This document shows positions 31,250 through 40,214 of a stretch of DNA of 64,000 bases, piece after piece. The notes beneath the pieces are model-generated. The model did no database searches and was not told the DNA's origin. It worked only from the letters and a program-made list of their open reading frames with translations. Both the position numbers and the translations under genes were made by a program. Source of the DNA: an uncultured Alteromonadaceae bacterium (GTDB lineage: Bacteria > Pseudomonadota > Gammaproteobacteria > Enterobacterales > Alteromonadaceae); NCBI GenBank assembly GCA_938085045.1, contig CALKGI010000018.1, forward strand, positions 1 to 64,000, read 5' to 3'. How positions within the stretch are numbered: position 1 is the stretch's first letter; every line of letters begins with the position of its first letter.

Positions 31250-32755
31250 ATGACAAATCTAAATGAAGGATATGGAGTACTAGTAATTTATACAGGTGGC
31301 ACGTTGGGGAGTGCGCCAAAAGATAAGAAAGATCCAATGAGTCCACTTGTTTCAAGGCCTCTGGAGGATGTGATGGAGTATCTTCCTCATTATGATGAAC
31401 GTGACAAGAAAATACAGATAAATGGGAAGTGGGTTCGAGTTGGAACTCACTCGTGGGATGTCCCTATTGATTCGTCTGATGTTACTTCAAAGGATTGGAT
31501 AGAGATGGCAAAAGTAATTAAGGAAAATTACCAAGAATACGAAGGCTTCGTCATATTGCATGGTACTGATACTTTGTCTTATACCGCTTCTGCATTAGCA
31601 TTTCTATTGGATAACTTGGATAAACCTGTGATAGTTACAGGTTCTCAGCGACCAATAGGACAGACAAGATCGGATGCAGTTCAAAATTTTATCACTGCAA
31701 TTGAAATCGCTGGGGCACAATCTCTTGGTGGAGATATTGTTAGGGAAGTGTGTGTATTTTTTGCCAAACAATTGTTAAGAGGTTGCCGTTCGATTAAAAA
31801 GAGTGCTAGTGATTTTGAAGCTTTTGATTCACCTAATTTATTGCCTTTGGGCAATGCTAATGAACATATCGTCATAAATAACGATATAACCAGAAAAGGG
31901 TCAAATCATAATTTGACTATTTCGACGGAGTTAGCTGGCGAAATAGCTTCACTAGATATTTTTCCAGGAATGAGCGTTGAGTTGCTGAATAGCATTTTAC
32001 TCAATGAAAACTTAAAAGGTGTTGTATTAAAAACGTTTGGGACCGGTAATGCACCAACCAGTCCGGAGTTTTTAGATGTCATTGAAAAAGCGAGTAAAAC
32101 TAAACTTATAGTTGACGTTACGCAGTGTCGCTCAGGCGAGGTAGAGCTTGGGTTGTATGATGTAAGTGCAGGGCTTTTGTCTAGAGGTGTCATAAGCGGA
32201 ATGGATATGACGCCAGAAGCTGCTTTAACAAAAATGGCGGTGGTTTTGAAAAACACAAAAGATAAGGAAGGAAATATCGATTTACGGGTTGCAGCAGATA
32301 CAATGCAGCTCGACTTAAGAGGTGAACAGCGTCAAAGTATATTTAATTTGCATTTTGAGGCGGGCGAGATTGAGACTCAAAAATCCATCAATCAAATGTC
32401 ACCTATGGTTGAAGGTTTAGATAGATATAAAGTAGAAATGCTGGACAAAGCAATTCTGAGGATAATGGGAATCCATATACCTGAAACAAAAAGGGGGACG
32501 ATTGAGTTTAAAGTGTATATAGACCTGCCTGACGCTGATGAAGATACAAAAGAAGAAGGTAACCCTCATTATCTAGGTACTGCGACAAAAAGGTGGGATG
32601 AAAAAGCAGGCAAGGAAAATATTTTTATTCCTGTCACTAAACAGGCAAGAGAGTTTGTAGATAATCGTCATGATAATTCTTTGACACTTGTAAATTTGGG
32701 TGGTAACGATTTCTCTTGGGCTAGATTAGAAATTGCTTTTTTTGCCGATTGTTAA
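31250..32755 (+). CDS. Type-I-asparaginase/glutaminase-domain protein with about 160-aa uncharacterised C-terminal extension (paralog A, catalytic residues intact)
   Basis: TGGT nucleophile motif, HGTDT, and RGCRSIKKSASDFEAF (Lys retained). Start at the ATG with the GGAGAAAAG SD; AT-rich with AGA/AGG Arg codons. Confidence 0.75.
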   Translation: MTNLNEGYGVLVIYTGGTLGSAPKDKKDPMSPLVSRPLEDVMEYLPHYDERDKKIQINGKWVRVGTHSWDVPIDSSDVTSKDWIEMAKVIKENYQEYEGFVILHGTDTLSYTASALAFLLDNLDKPVIVTGSQRPIGQTRSDAVQNFITAIEIAGAQSLGGDIVREVCVFFAKQLLRGCRSIKKSASDFEAFDSPNLLPLGNANEHIVINNDITRKGSNHNLTISTELAGEIASLDIFPGMSVELLNSILLNENLKGVVLKTFGTGNAPTSPEFLDVIEKASKTKLIVDVTQCRSGEVELGLYDVSAGLLSRGVISGMDMTPEAALTKMAVVLKNTKDKEGNIDLRVAADTMQLDLRGEQRQSIFNLHFEAGEIETQKSINQMSPMVEGLDRYKVEMLDKAILRIMGIHIPETKRGTIEFKVYIDLPDADEDTKEEGNPHYLGTATKRWDEKAGKENIFIPVTKQAREFVDNRHDNSLTLVNLGGNDFSWARLEIAFFADC

Positions 32756-32764
32756 GGAATTAAT

Positions 32765-34549
32765 ATGTCAGATGAAAATCACGGTGGTGGTGTCCTCGTT
32801 ATTGTTACTGGTGGAACTGTTTGCCTATTGGTAAAACATGTGAAGAATGCAGGAGATAAATTGGAGCCTGCATCATTAGATGAGCTTAGACAAATAATCT
32901 TGGACGATCACAATCATATTGTTGTTCGTGAAGGGCGAGTTGAAAGTAAGGCAATGCGAGTTGATTTTGAAGACTTAAGGAATATACATCTGCCACCGGA
33001 AAAGCTGGATTCTGCACAAGTAAACCCAAAAGTTTGGTCAGAAATCGCGGATATGATACGCGATAAGTATTATAAGTATGAAGGGTTTGTCGTTTTGCAC
33101 GGTTTGGATACTATGGCATATTCTGCGTCAGCATTATCTTTTATACTAGGGAATCTTCATGTTCCCGTTATACTCACGGGTTCGCAAAGACCTCTAAATT
33201 ATGGTCGAACAGATGCAGTGCAAAACATTAGGACGTCTATTACCTTTGCGGGTACTGCTACTGTTGGAATAGGACGAGCGATACCAGAGGTTGTAGTTTA
33301 TTCACATGACACCTTATTTCGCGGCAATCGTGTCACAATGCAACATGCTTCTTCTTATCGATGTTTCGACACCCCGAATTTTCCAGAGCTTTCGACTGCG
33401 GGGGAATTTTTAGACATTAAAACACATTTAATTGTAACTCCAAAAAATCAAACTCGACTGCTTTACATGGGGAAAATAGATGCAAAAGTTGAAATTATTG
33501 ATGTTTATCCGGGTATGCATGCGAGTGTAATAGAAAGTTTATGTCATATGGATGCCGATTCGATTTTTCTTGAGGAAATTGAAAGTTTTGTCAAATCAAC
33601 AATACTATTAGGGGAAAAAGCAGAGGAAGAAAAAGAGCTAGCGACTGAGTTTTTAAAAGAAATTAAACATTTGTTTAAAAAGGATCAGTTAGACAGAGTC
33701 ACAAATGTGCTTAATAAAACTCAGATTAGAAAATACCAACCGATATTAGAGCTTGTAAAGATGTCAGTGGCTAAAAAGAAGAAAGTTAAGGGGGTTGTAT
33801 TACGTACATATGGTATGGGGACTGCACCTACATCACCAGATGTATTGAAAGCATTGAATAGACTAGTGGAATCTGGAATTATCGTGTTGAATGTAACGCA
33901 GGCGCAATGTGGCAGAATTTCTCATGGCTCAGATCCCGTAAGCTTAAGACTGTTCGAACATGGGGTTGTTTCTGGTGGTGATATGACTTCGGAAGCAGCT
34001 CTCGCTAAGTTAGTAATTGTCCTTTCAAATGCAAATATTAAAGATTCCAATCCCAAAAAGGTTAATCGAATATTAGCTGATATGCTACAAATTGAAAGCT
34101 GTGGTGAGCAGTCTCAAAGTATCTTTAATCTTCACTTTGGTGCGGCTGAAACTAGTCTAAAAGGCAATGGAAACGATTGTACGGTTGATTTGTATCCCAA
34201 TCGGATGACAGAAAGTCATCGGTTGGATGAGCAAAGCATTAAATATATTCAATTCAGGATACTGGGGCTTAAATCGGTACCCTCGTCAGGTTCTTCAAAT
34301 AAGATCTCGATATTTTCAGCTGATTTGATCGATAAAACGGAGCATGAAGAAAACATAATTAAGCCGCTTGTTGAAAATTTAACACTGAAATGGTCAATGC
34401 CAGGAGATACATTAAATTTTGCTTTTGACATTACGAATGTAAGTCAACATATATTAAGTCCTGACATAATGATTCGAATTAAGACAAATGATGCTGTTCA
34501 ATTTGCAAGTGTTTCTTGTGTACTTTTTGCTAAAACAAATGATTTATAG
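32765..34549 (+). CDS. Asparaginase-domain paralog B, predicted catalytically inactive, with shared C-terminal extension plus a further about 90-aa tail
   Basis: TGGT present, but HGTDT is HGLDT (Thr to Leu) and the catalytic Lys is replaced (RGNRVTMQHASS). It shares …SQSIFNLHFGAAE… with paralog A (…RQSIFNLHFEAGE…). Confidence 0.7.
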   Translation: MSDENHGGGVLVIVTGGTVCLLVKHVKNAGDKLEPASLDELRQIILDDHNHIVVREGRVESKAMRVDFEDLRNIHLPPEKLDSAQVNPKVWSEIADMIRDKYYKYEGFVVLHGLDTMAYSASALSFILGNLHVPVILTGSQRPLNYGRTDAVQNIRTSITFAGTATVGIGRAIPEVVVYSHDTLFRGNRVTMQHASSYRCFDTPNFPELSTAGEFLDIKTHLIVTPKNQTRLLYMGKIDAKVEIIDVYPGMHASVIESLCHMDADSIFLEEIESFVKSTILLGEKAEEEKELATEFLKEIKHLFKKDQLDRVTNVLNKTQIRKYQPILELVKMSVAKKKKVKGVVLRTYGMGTAPTSPDVLKALNRLVESGIIVLNVTQAQCGRISHGSDPVSLRLFEHGVVSGGDMTSEAALAKLVIVLSNANIKDSNPKKVNRILADMLQIESCGEQSQSIFNLHFGAAETSLKGNGNDCTVDLYPNRMTESHRLDEQSIKYIQFRILGLKSVPSSGSSNKISIFSADLIDKTEHEENIIKPLVENLTLKWSMPGDTLNFAFDITNVSQHILSPDIMIRIKTNDAVQFASVSCVLFAKTNDL

Positions 34550-35727
34550 TGAGGCATGATGTGATAGTTAAAATTGAAAGCGTTATGAAAGAAATCGTCA
34601 ATATAGTGAAACTTGATGCCGGTGAGTTGAAAACAAATGATATTCGAGGCAAAAACAACCTACTTTTAAGGGGACAGTCTTGTCTGCGTAATTTTCTGAC
34701 TAGCCATGATAAGAATTCTAAATTGGATATGTTTGAATCTTTTGAGTTACTATCAGATCACTTAGCTATTGAACATGTTGAGTCGTTTGAGTATCAATTA
34801 GTGGCATTGCGTAAGCTAATTGAAGACGTAAAGAATAATGAAAACGAAGTAGATTCGAAATCGAAAGATGTAGCAACGAAGGAAAGTTTGGTTCGCCATT
34901 GCGAACGAAAAGAAAAGCAATTGGAAAATATTGATGTACTAATTGTCTGTGCGCTATCATCGCCTGAATTGGAAATGGTACTTCGACAGTTTCTGGCGGG
35001 TACGTGTGTTAACCATAATTCTTATATCGGTAGCTCCCGGGAAAAACGAACTTATTACTCTGGTGACTTATTATCTAAAAAAGGGGCGGTAATTAAAGCT
35101 GTAGCTCTTTCTCAAAGTCGAATGGGAATGGTCGATACGGCTGCGTTGGTCACCGGCAGTATTATTACTTTCAACCCCAAAATTATTGCCATGACTGGGG
35201 TGTGCGCTGGTCGACTTGATGCAAACGTTGAAAAATTGGATTTAATAGCAGCAAGTAGTGTATTAACGCACGATACAGGTAAGTACACAGAAAATGGTTT
35301 TGAACCTGAGCCGTATGTATCCAAAGCGAGTGAGCTGGCGATACAAAGAATTGAAGCCGTAGGTGCTACATTAATAAAATCTATAATTACTGAAATGGAT
35401 AAGACCCCTTGCCCTATCAAGATTGTAACCCCTAAAATACATACGGGTATAATGGCTTGTGGCTCATCAGTTATAAACCGAGGTGGGATGTTAAATGATA
35501 TTGCTAAGACAAATCGTAAAGTAGTTGGTCTTGATATGGAAAGTTACGCAATGTTACGAGCAGCGGAACTGATCGATAACGATATTATTAGAATCGTAGT
35601 AAAAGGAGTTATGGATCATTCACAAGGTAAGGCTGATGATGTAAAGGAGTCGGCGGCCTCTTGGTCAGCTAGCTTTCTTACTCGATTTCTTGAATCAGAG
35701 ATTGAGGCCTTAATAGGTCATGAATAA
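34549..35727 (+). CDS. Protein with C-terminal PNP/UDP-phosphorylase-family (MTA/SAH-nucleosidase-like) domain and a novel about 120-aa N-terminal region
   Basis: …IIAMTGVCAG… and …VVGLDMESYAML… match phosphorylase-family-1 motifs. The start is ambiguous: in-frame GTG at 34549 and 34561 (SD tGAGG 6 nt upstream) and ATG at 34585. Confidence 0.65.
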   Translation: MRHDVIVKIESVMKEIVNIVKLDAGELKTNDIRGKNNLLLRGQSCLRNFLTSHDKNSKLDMFESFELLSDHLAIEHVESFEYQLVALRKLIEDVKNNENEVDSKSKDVATKESLVRHCERKEKQLENIDVLIVCALSSPELEMVLRQFLAGTCVNHNSYIGSSREKRTYYSGDLLSKKGAVIKAVALSQSRMGMVDTAALVTGSIITFNPKIIAMTGVCAGRLDANVEKLDLIAASSVLTHDTGKYTENGFEPEPYVSKASELAIQRIEAVGATLIKSIITEMDKTPCPIKIVTPKIHTGIMACGSSVINRGGMLNDIAKTNRKVVGLDMESYAMLRAAELIDNDIIRIVVKGVMDHSQGKADDVKESAASWSASFLTRFLESEIEALIGHE

Positions 35728-35765
35728 ATACATTCATGACCTATTTGATTCAAATTTGAAAAGTT

Positions 35766-36938
35766 CTACTGAAGATTCTCAACCCCACCATCCCCATCAA
35801 CAACAAAAATCCCATCAGCATTAAACAATACCCCATAAGAAGTTCGTGCTGGAATGGTGATCAAATGATCAGCTGGATGCTTAACATCAACAGCAATCAC
35901 TTGCCCGTCAAATCTCAACTCCGGCTTGTCGACAATGGTATGACCGACCGCAATAGACTTGGCTCCGTAGTAATCAAGCACTTCAGTTAACTTGGGCTTG
36001 TCGATTTTTGGCGAGTTCTTTTGCGACATAAAATAACCTCGATACCACATTGGGCCATTGCGACCAAACAGTAGTTTTTCTAGTGGCGGACGTTCTTTCT
36101 TGGGGATGTCTATTGCTGCTCGCATGGTTTGGTTAATGGCTTCTAACGACAGTTTACCTTCGCTCATTTTTGGTGATATACCGCCGTGGGTGAATAGGGT
36201 GTCGCCGATTTTTTCTATGATGTTTTTCGAGCGTAACCATTTGCCCAGTTCGGTGTTTGCTTGGAACATGTCGGCGTAAATCATATTGTTTTTCTCTTGC
36301 AATAATTCACCAAACTTGTAGTACTTAGATTCGGCATAACGTAAGTCGTTTTGCAGTACCAGCATTTCGTGGTTGCCAATGAGCATATGCACATCGCCGC
36401 CACTGCTTTGGGCCTCGCCTTCTAATCGGTAAATTAGCCACAATAATTCGGTTACGTGGTTACCACGGTCGAACACATCGCCAATTATCACTAAATGACC
36501 TTTGCCGAACGACCAGTTAAGTTGGTCGTCTATTACTTTGTGCAATTTCAACATGTTAGTGACTGTGTTGAAGTTGCCTTCTACGTCAGATATTGCAAAG
36601 AGCTTTTCTGGCTTGGGGTGGGTAACGGGTGGGGTGACAATGTTTTGTCTAATTGGCACGGTAAAGCGCACTTCGGGTTTGCCGGGTTTGAACACTTCAA
36701 CTTTGGTCGGACGTTCTATGTTTTCAATTTTCAATGCCATTTTATCATCAGCAGGCACGCCAGTGATTAAGTGTGTTTGCTCTTTGCCGTAGACTATGTG
36801 CGGGCCTTCATGCAGCTCTATTTGGGGAAGGGTATCGCGGATAATGACCAGCCTGTCTTCACTGACAAATAAATAGATGAAGTAAATGGCGATGGCTAGA
36901 ACGATTAAACCGGCAAGTTTTTTGATGATTGAATTCAT
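35766..36938 (-). CDS. Membrane-anchored PPP-family metallophosphoesterase (calcineurin-like, ApaH/PrpA-like)
   Basis: GDxxDRG and GNHE signatures (GDVFDRGNH…LIGNHEM); start taken at the Met preceding the TM helix. Confidence 0.65.
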   Translation of the reverse strand: MNSIIKKLAGLIVLAIAIYFIYLFVSEDRLVIIRDTLPQIELHEGPHIVYGKEQTHLITGVPADDKMALKIENIERPTKVEVFKPGKPEVRFTVPIRQNIVTPPVTHPKPEKLFAISDVEGNFNTVTNMLKLHKVIDDQLNWSFGKGHLVIIGDVFDRGNHVTELLWLIYRLEGEAQSSGGDVHMLIGNHEMLVLQNDLRYAESKYYKFGELLQEKNNMIYADMFQANTELGKWLRSKNIIEKIGDTLFTHGGISPKMSEGKLSLEAINQTMRAAIDIPKKERPPLEKLLFGRNGPMWYRGYFMSQKNSPKIDKPKLTEVLDYYGAKSIAVGHTIVDKPELRFDGQVIAVDVKHPADHLITIPARTSYGVLFNADGIFVVDGDGGVENLQ

Positions 36939-37085
36939 GGCTGTTTTAGATTGTGAGTTGAGCGGGATGGCATCATAACATAGGTGATAGCAGATTCGCA
37001 GTGATGCCCTTTCGACGCAGGCCCTTCTATTGCGCACAATGATTGGTTATCATGACAGTCTACCCACCTATTACGTAGGATCAAC

Positions 37086-38960
37086 ATGTTTCAAAAAACC
37101 TTAATTGCCGCACTTGTTTGTTCAGTGCTGGCAGGCTGTGGCACCAGTGCCAATAAAAATACTTCACCTGACGCGCAAATGAGCCCCAAGCAGGCGATGA
37201 CAACGGTTTCTCGCGCCGACATCGACCAACTTGTTGACCGTCACACCCGAGAGTTTTTGACCTTACAACCCGCATTGGCCACCGCTTTGAATGTTGATGC
37301 ATCGGTGGCGGGCAATTTCTCTGTCAAATTGCCAGACTATTCAGCCGCAGGCATGAAAAATGTGCAACAAACTATGGCTAAAGCCGCAGCTGATTTAGGC
37401 AAGATTAATTTAGATAGTCTAAGCGAGCAAGACCGATTACATGTTTCGGTTAATAAGGTGATTGACCAGTACTACGCTGGTGATTTAGATTTTCCGGGCG
37501 GTTATATAGACACGTGGGGTGGTCATTTACCTTATGTTGTTAGCCAAATTGCAGGCCCGCTGATTGACATTCCTACGGTATTTCAAGATCAACACGTGGT
37601 AAGTAATAGGCAGCAGGCCGACGATTATTTGGTACGTCTCAAAGCCTTTGGCGTGTTGATTGAGCAGGTGCTAAGCAAAGTTAAGTCAGACGAAAAAGCC
37701 GGCATTATTCTGCCTAAAAAGCTGTTTGCCGATACGCTGGGTTATTTAAAAGGTTTCAGTGATGTGCCAGCCAGCAAGCATTCGTTAGTCGCAACGTTTG
37801 AAGCCAAATTAGACAAAGTGAATTCGATGGATGGCAAAATGCGTGAGCAATATAGCCAAAAAGCGATTGCCATTGTTTATGGTCAAATCTTGCCGGGTTA
37901 TCGCAAAGTTCATGCGTTTATGAGTGAGCAGCAACACCGGGCACCCAATGACGATGGCATTTGGGCACAACCGGGCGGCGAGTCATTCTATGTGCACGAG
38001 ATTTTGAATTTGGGTGATTCTGTTTTGTCACCTGACGAAATTCATCAAATTGGTTTAGATGAAGTCGCGCGTATCACCATCGAAATGGACGGTATTTTAA
38101 AAGCCAACGGTAAAACCAAAGGCAGTGTTGGCGAGCGCATGATGGCGCTAAACGACGACCCACAATTTATCTATGAAGATTCTGACGAGGGCCGCGAGAA
38201 GTTGCTGGCTGACTTACGAAAAGAAGTCGACATCATCATGGAAAAAGCACCAATGCTGTTTGCTACTTTGCCTAAACAAGAAGTTGTTGTTAAGCGTGTG
38301 CCAATAGTGCGAGAAAAAAGTGCCCCGGGCGGCTCTTATGTTCCACCTGCGCTCGACGGTTCAAGGGCAGGGGAGTACTTCATTAATTTGTACGACATAA
38401 AATCTAACCCCAGCTTTGGTTTGAAAACCCTGACTTATCACGAAGCGGTGCCGGGTCATCACTTTCAAATTGCATTGAACATGGAACAACAAGGGCTGGG
38501 CATTATGCGTCAAAACGGCCAGTTTAATGCTTATGTCGAAGGTTGGGCTTTGTATTCTGAATTGCTAGCCAAAGAAATGAACATGTACGAAGGCGATCCG
38601 TGGGGCGATTTAGGCCGTTTGCAAGGTGAGTTGTACCGCGCAGCCCGATTGGTTGTTGATACGGGGATACATCACAAAAGATGGTCACGTGCTAAAACTG
38701 TAGACTACTTTTACCAGGCTACAGGCACTTCGCGCAACGATGCTGAAAATGCAATTAATCGTTACATGGCGTGGCCGGGCCAAGCGCTGGGTTACAAAAT
38801 GGGCATGATTAAGATTGTTGAATTGCGTGAGTGGGCTAAAACGCAATTGGGTAGCAAGTTTGATATCAAAGCGTTCCACGACTTGGTGTTGTTACCGGGC
38901 TCACGGCCTTTGCCTATCTTGGAAGAAGATGTGAAGCGTTGGGTTGCTAAGCAGTTATAA
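37086..38960 (+). CDS. DUF885-family lipoprotein (metallopeptidase-like HEAVPGHHFQ motif)
   Basis: Lipobox LAGCG; HExxxGHH motif characteristic of DUF885. Confidence 0.7.
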   Translation: MFQKTLIAALVCSVLAGCGTSANKNTSPDAQMSPKQAMTTVSRADIDQLVDRHTREFLTLQPALATALNVDASVAGNFSVKLPDYSAAGMKNVQQTMAKAAADLGKINLDSLSEQDRLHVSVNKVIDQYYAGDLDFPGGYIDTWGGHLPYVVSQIAGPLIDIPTVFQDQHVVSNRQQADDYLVRLKAFGVLIEQVLSKVKSDEKAGIILPKKLFADTLGYLKGFSDVPASKHSLVATFEAKLDKVNSMDGKMREQYSQKAIAIVYGQILPGYRKVHAFMSEQQHRAPNDDGIWAQPGGESFYVHEILNLGDSVLSPDEIHQIGLDEVARITIEMDGILKANGKTKGSVGERMMALNDDPQFIYEDSDEGREKLLADLRKEVDIIMEKAPMLFATLPKQEVVVKRVPIVREKSAPGGSYVPPALDGSRAGEYFINLYDIKSNPSFGLKTLTYHEAVPGHHFQIALNMEQQGLGIMRQNGQFNAYVEGWALYSELLAKEMNMYEGDPWGDLGRLQGELYRAARLVVDTGIHHKRWSRAKTVDYFYQATGTSRNDAENAINRYMAWPGQALGYKMGMIKIVELREWAKTQLGSKFDIKAFHDLVLLPGSRPLPILEEDVKRWVAKQL

Positions 38961-38980
38961 TTTGATTCCAATGCATTAGA

Positions 38981-39013
38981 AAATAAAAAGGCAGCCACTT
39001 GGCTGCCTTTGCT
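38981..39013. terminator. Bidirectional rho-independent terminator between convergent genes
   Basis: aaaataaaaaGGCAGCCacttGGCTGCCtttgctatt. Confidence 0.6.
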
Positions 39014-39028
39014 ATTATTAGGGCCCTA

Positions 39029-40204
39029 TTACATACTCAAACGACTCATTCGAGTCTGGTCATATAATCGAACGTGTTTAACCTCATATGGTGCAGCCAA
39101 ACCTGACTTTGCCAGAATCTTTTGGTCAAACTTCATGTTGATTGATTGCTCGCCAGCGCTTAAGTTACGGGCGCTGTGGGTTTCCATGATGGGCTTAAGC
39201 TTGCCATTAACATCATGACCATACAAAATCCCTCTGACTTCAAATCGACCCGCTTCAACCACATCTAAAGCAAATTTGGTCTGTTGACCATTGACTTTGC
39301 TAGCAGTATTTTGTTGCAACGATGCCGTTTGTGGCGCAAGTGCAAAAGCGATTTTTCCGGTGCGATGAACTTGTTGGCCGTTAACGTTGGCAATGCCATT
39401 AACATGCAGTTCGTGCAATCCATTAATAGGTGCTTCAATTGCATTGTTGCTGGCAAATTCAGCGGCTAACACTTGGGTTAAACCGTTAGAGAGCTGCTTG
39501 GTTGGCACTGTGATTTTCTTGCCAGAAGGTGACAAAATAAATGCCTCTACAGTTTGCATCGCCAAGGTATCACTCTTGCTGGTCATTAGGGCATCAAAGC
39601 TTAGTGCGTCACCTTGTAGGTAATGCTGCTTTTGGGTCGACAATGTTAGTTTGTTGGTCGAGTGCTTTTCTTTCACATGAACTACAAACTGATTGTTTGC
39701 TGCCAAAGCACCACTGTAGCTTAATTTGAACGCGCCGGGTGTTACCGCTTTGTCCATTTTTATGGCAGAGGCATTGGCAAAAACGCCAGTGGCTTTTAAA
39801 TCGTCTTCTTTAATCACATTGGCAGCAAGGTTTAGGTGTGGCTTGTTTGCTGAGTGCAATTTCAAGCGGGTACTGTTTAGTGCCTTGCCATCTTTACCTT
39901 GACGCGAAATTTTAATCAAAGCGCCAGCAACCGTGGTATGTACATCTACGCCTGCGTTTAATTGCTTGCCAGTGACTGTGAACCAGTATTCGTCACTTTG
40001 GCTGGTTACCGCTTGGGTGTTTATTGTCAATTGCGCCTGTGGCTGCAAAGCAAAGCTAAAGCTCATTGCCTGACTGGCTTGAGACTGCTCAATTTGTGGT
40101 GCCGTTGTTGGTGCATTCGTTTGTTGTAAACCGGCTACTGAGCTGGTGGCTGTCATCAATCCTGCTACGGCCAAGGCCAGTGTTTTCTTTTTGAATAAAG
40201 TCAT
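39029..40204 (-). CDS. Secreted hypothetical protein (signal peptide)
   Basis: Start at MTLFKKKTLALAVAGLMTATSSVAG; no assignable domain. Confidence 0.5.
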   Translation of the reverse strand: MTLFKKKTLALAVAGLMTATSSVAGLQQTNAPTTAPQIEQSQASQAMSFSFALQPQAQLTINTQAVTSQSDEYWFTVTGKQLNAGVDVHTTVAGALIKISRQGKDGKALNSTRLKLHSANKPHLNLAANVIKEDDLKATGVFANASAIKMDKAVTPGAFKLSYSGALAANNQFVVHVKEKHSTNKLTLSTQKQHYLQGDALSFDALMTSKSDTLAMQTVEAFILSPSGKKITVPTKQLSNGLTQVLAAEFASNNAIEAPINGLHELHVNGIANVNGQQVHRTGKIAFALAPQTASLQQNTASKVNGQQTKFALDVVEAGRFEVRGILYGHDVNGKLKPIMETHSARNLSAGEQSINMKFDQKILAKSGLAAPYEVKHVRLYDQTRMSRLSM

Positions 40205-40214
40205 GGTCTTGCTC

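Noticed and set aside
30715-31253. Two small plus-strand ORFs (88 and 74 aa) and the N-terminal 53-aa extension of the 31091 ORF upstream of the asparaginase gene
   Set aside because: This is an AT-rich promoter-like region. The asparaginase domain starts at the ATG at 31250, which has a good SD. The extension has no homology pattern.
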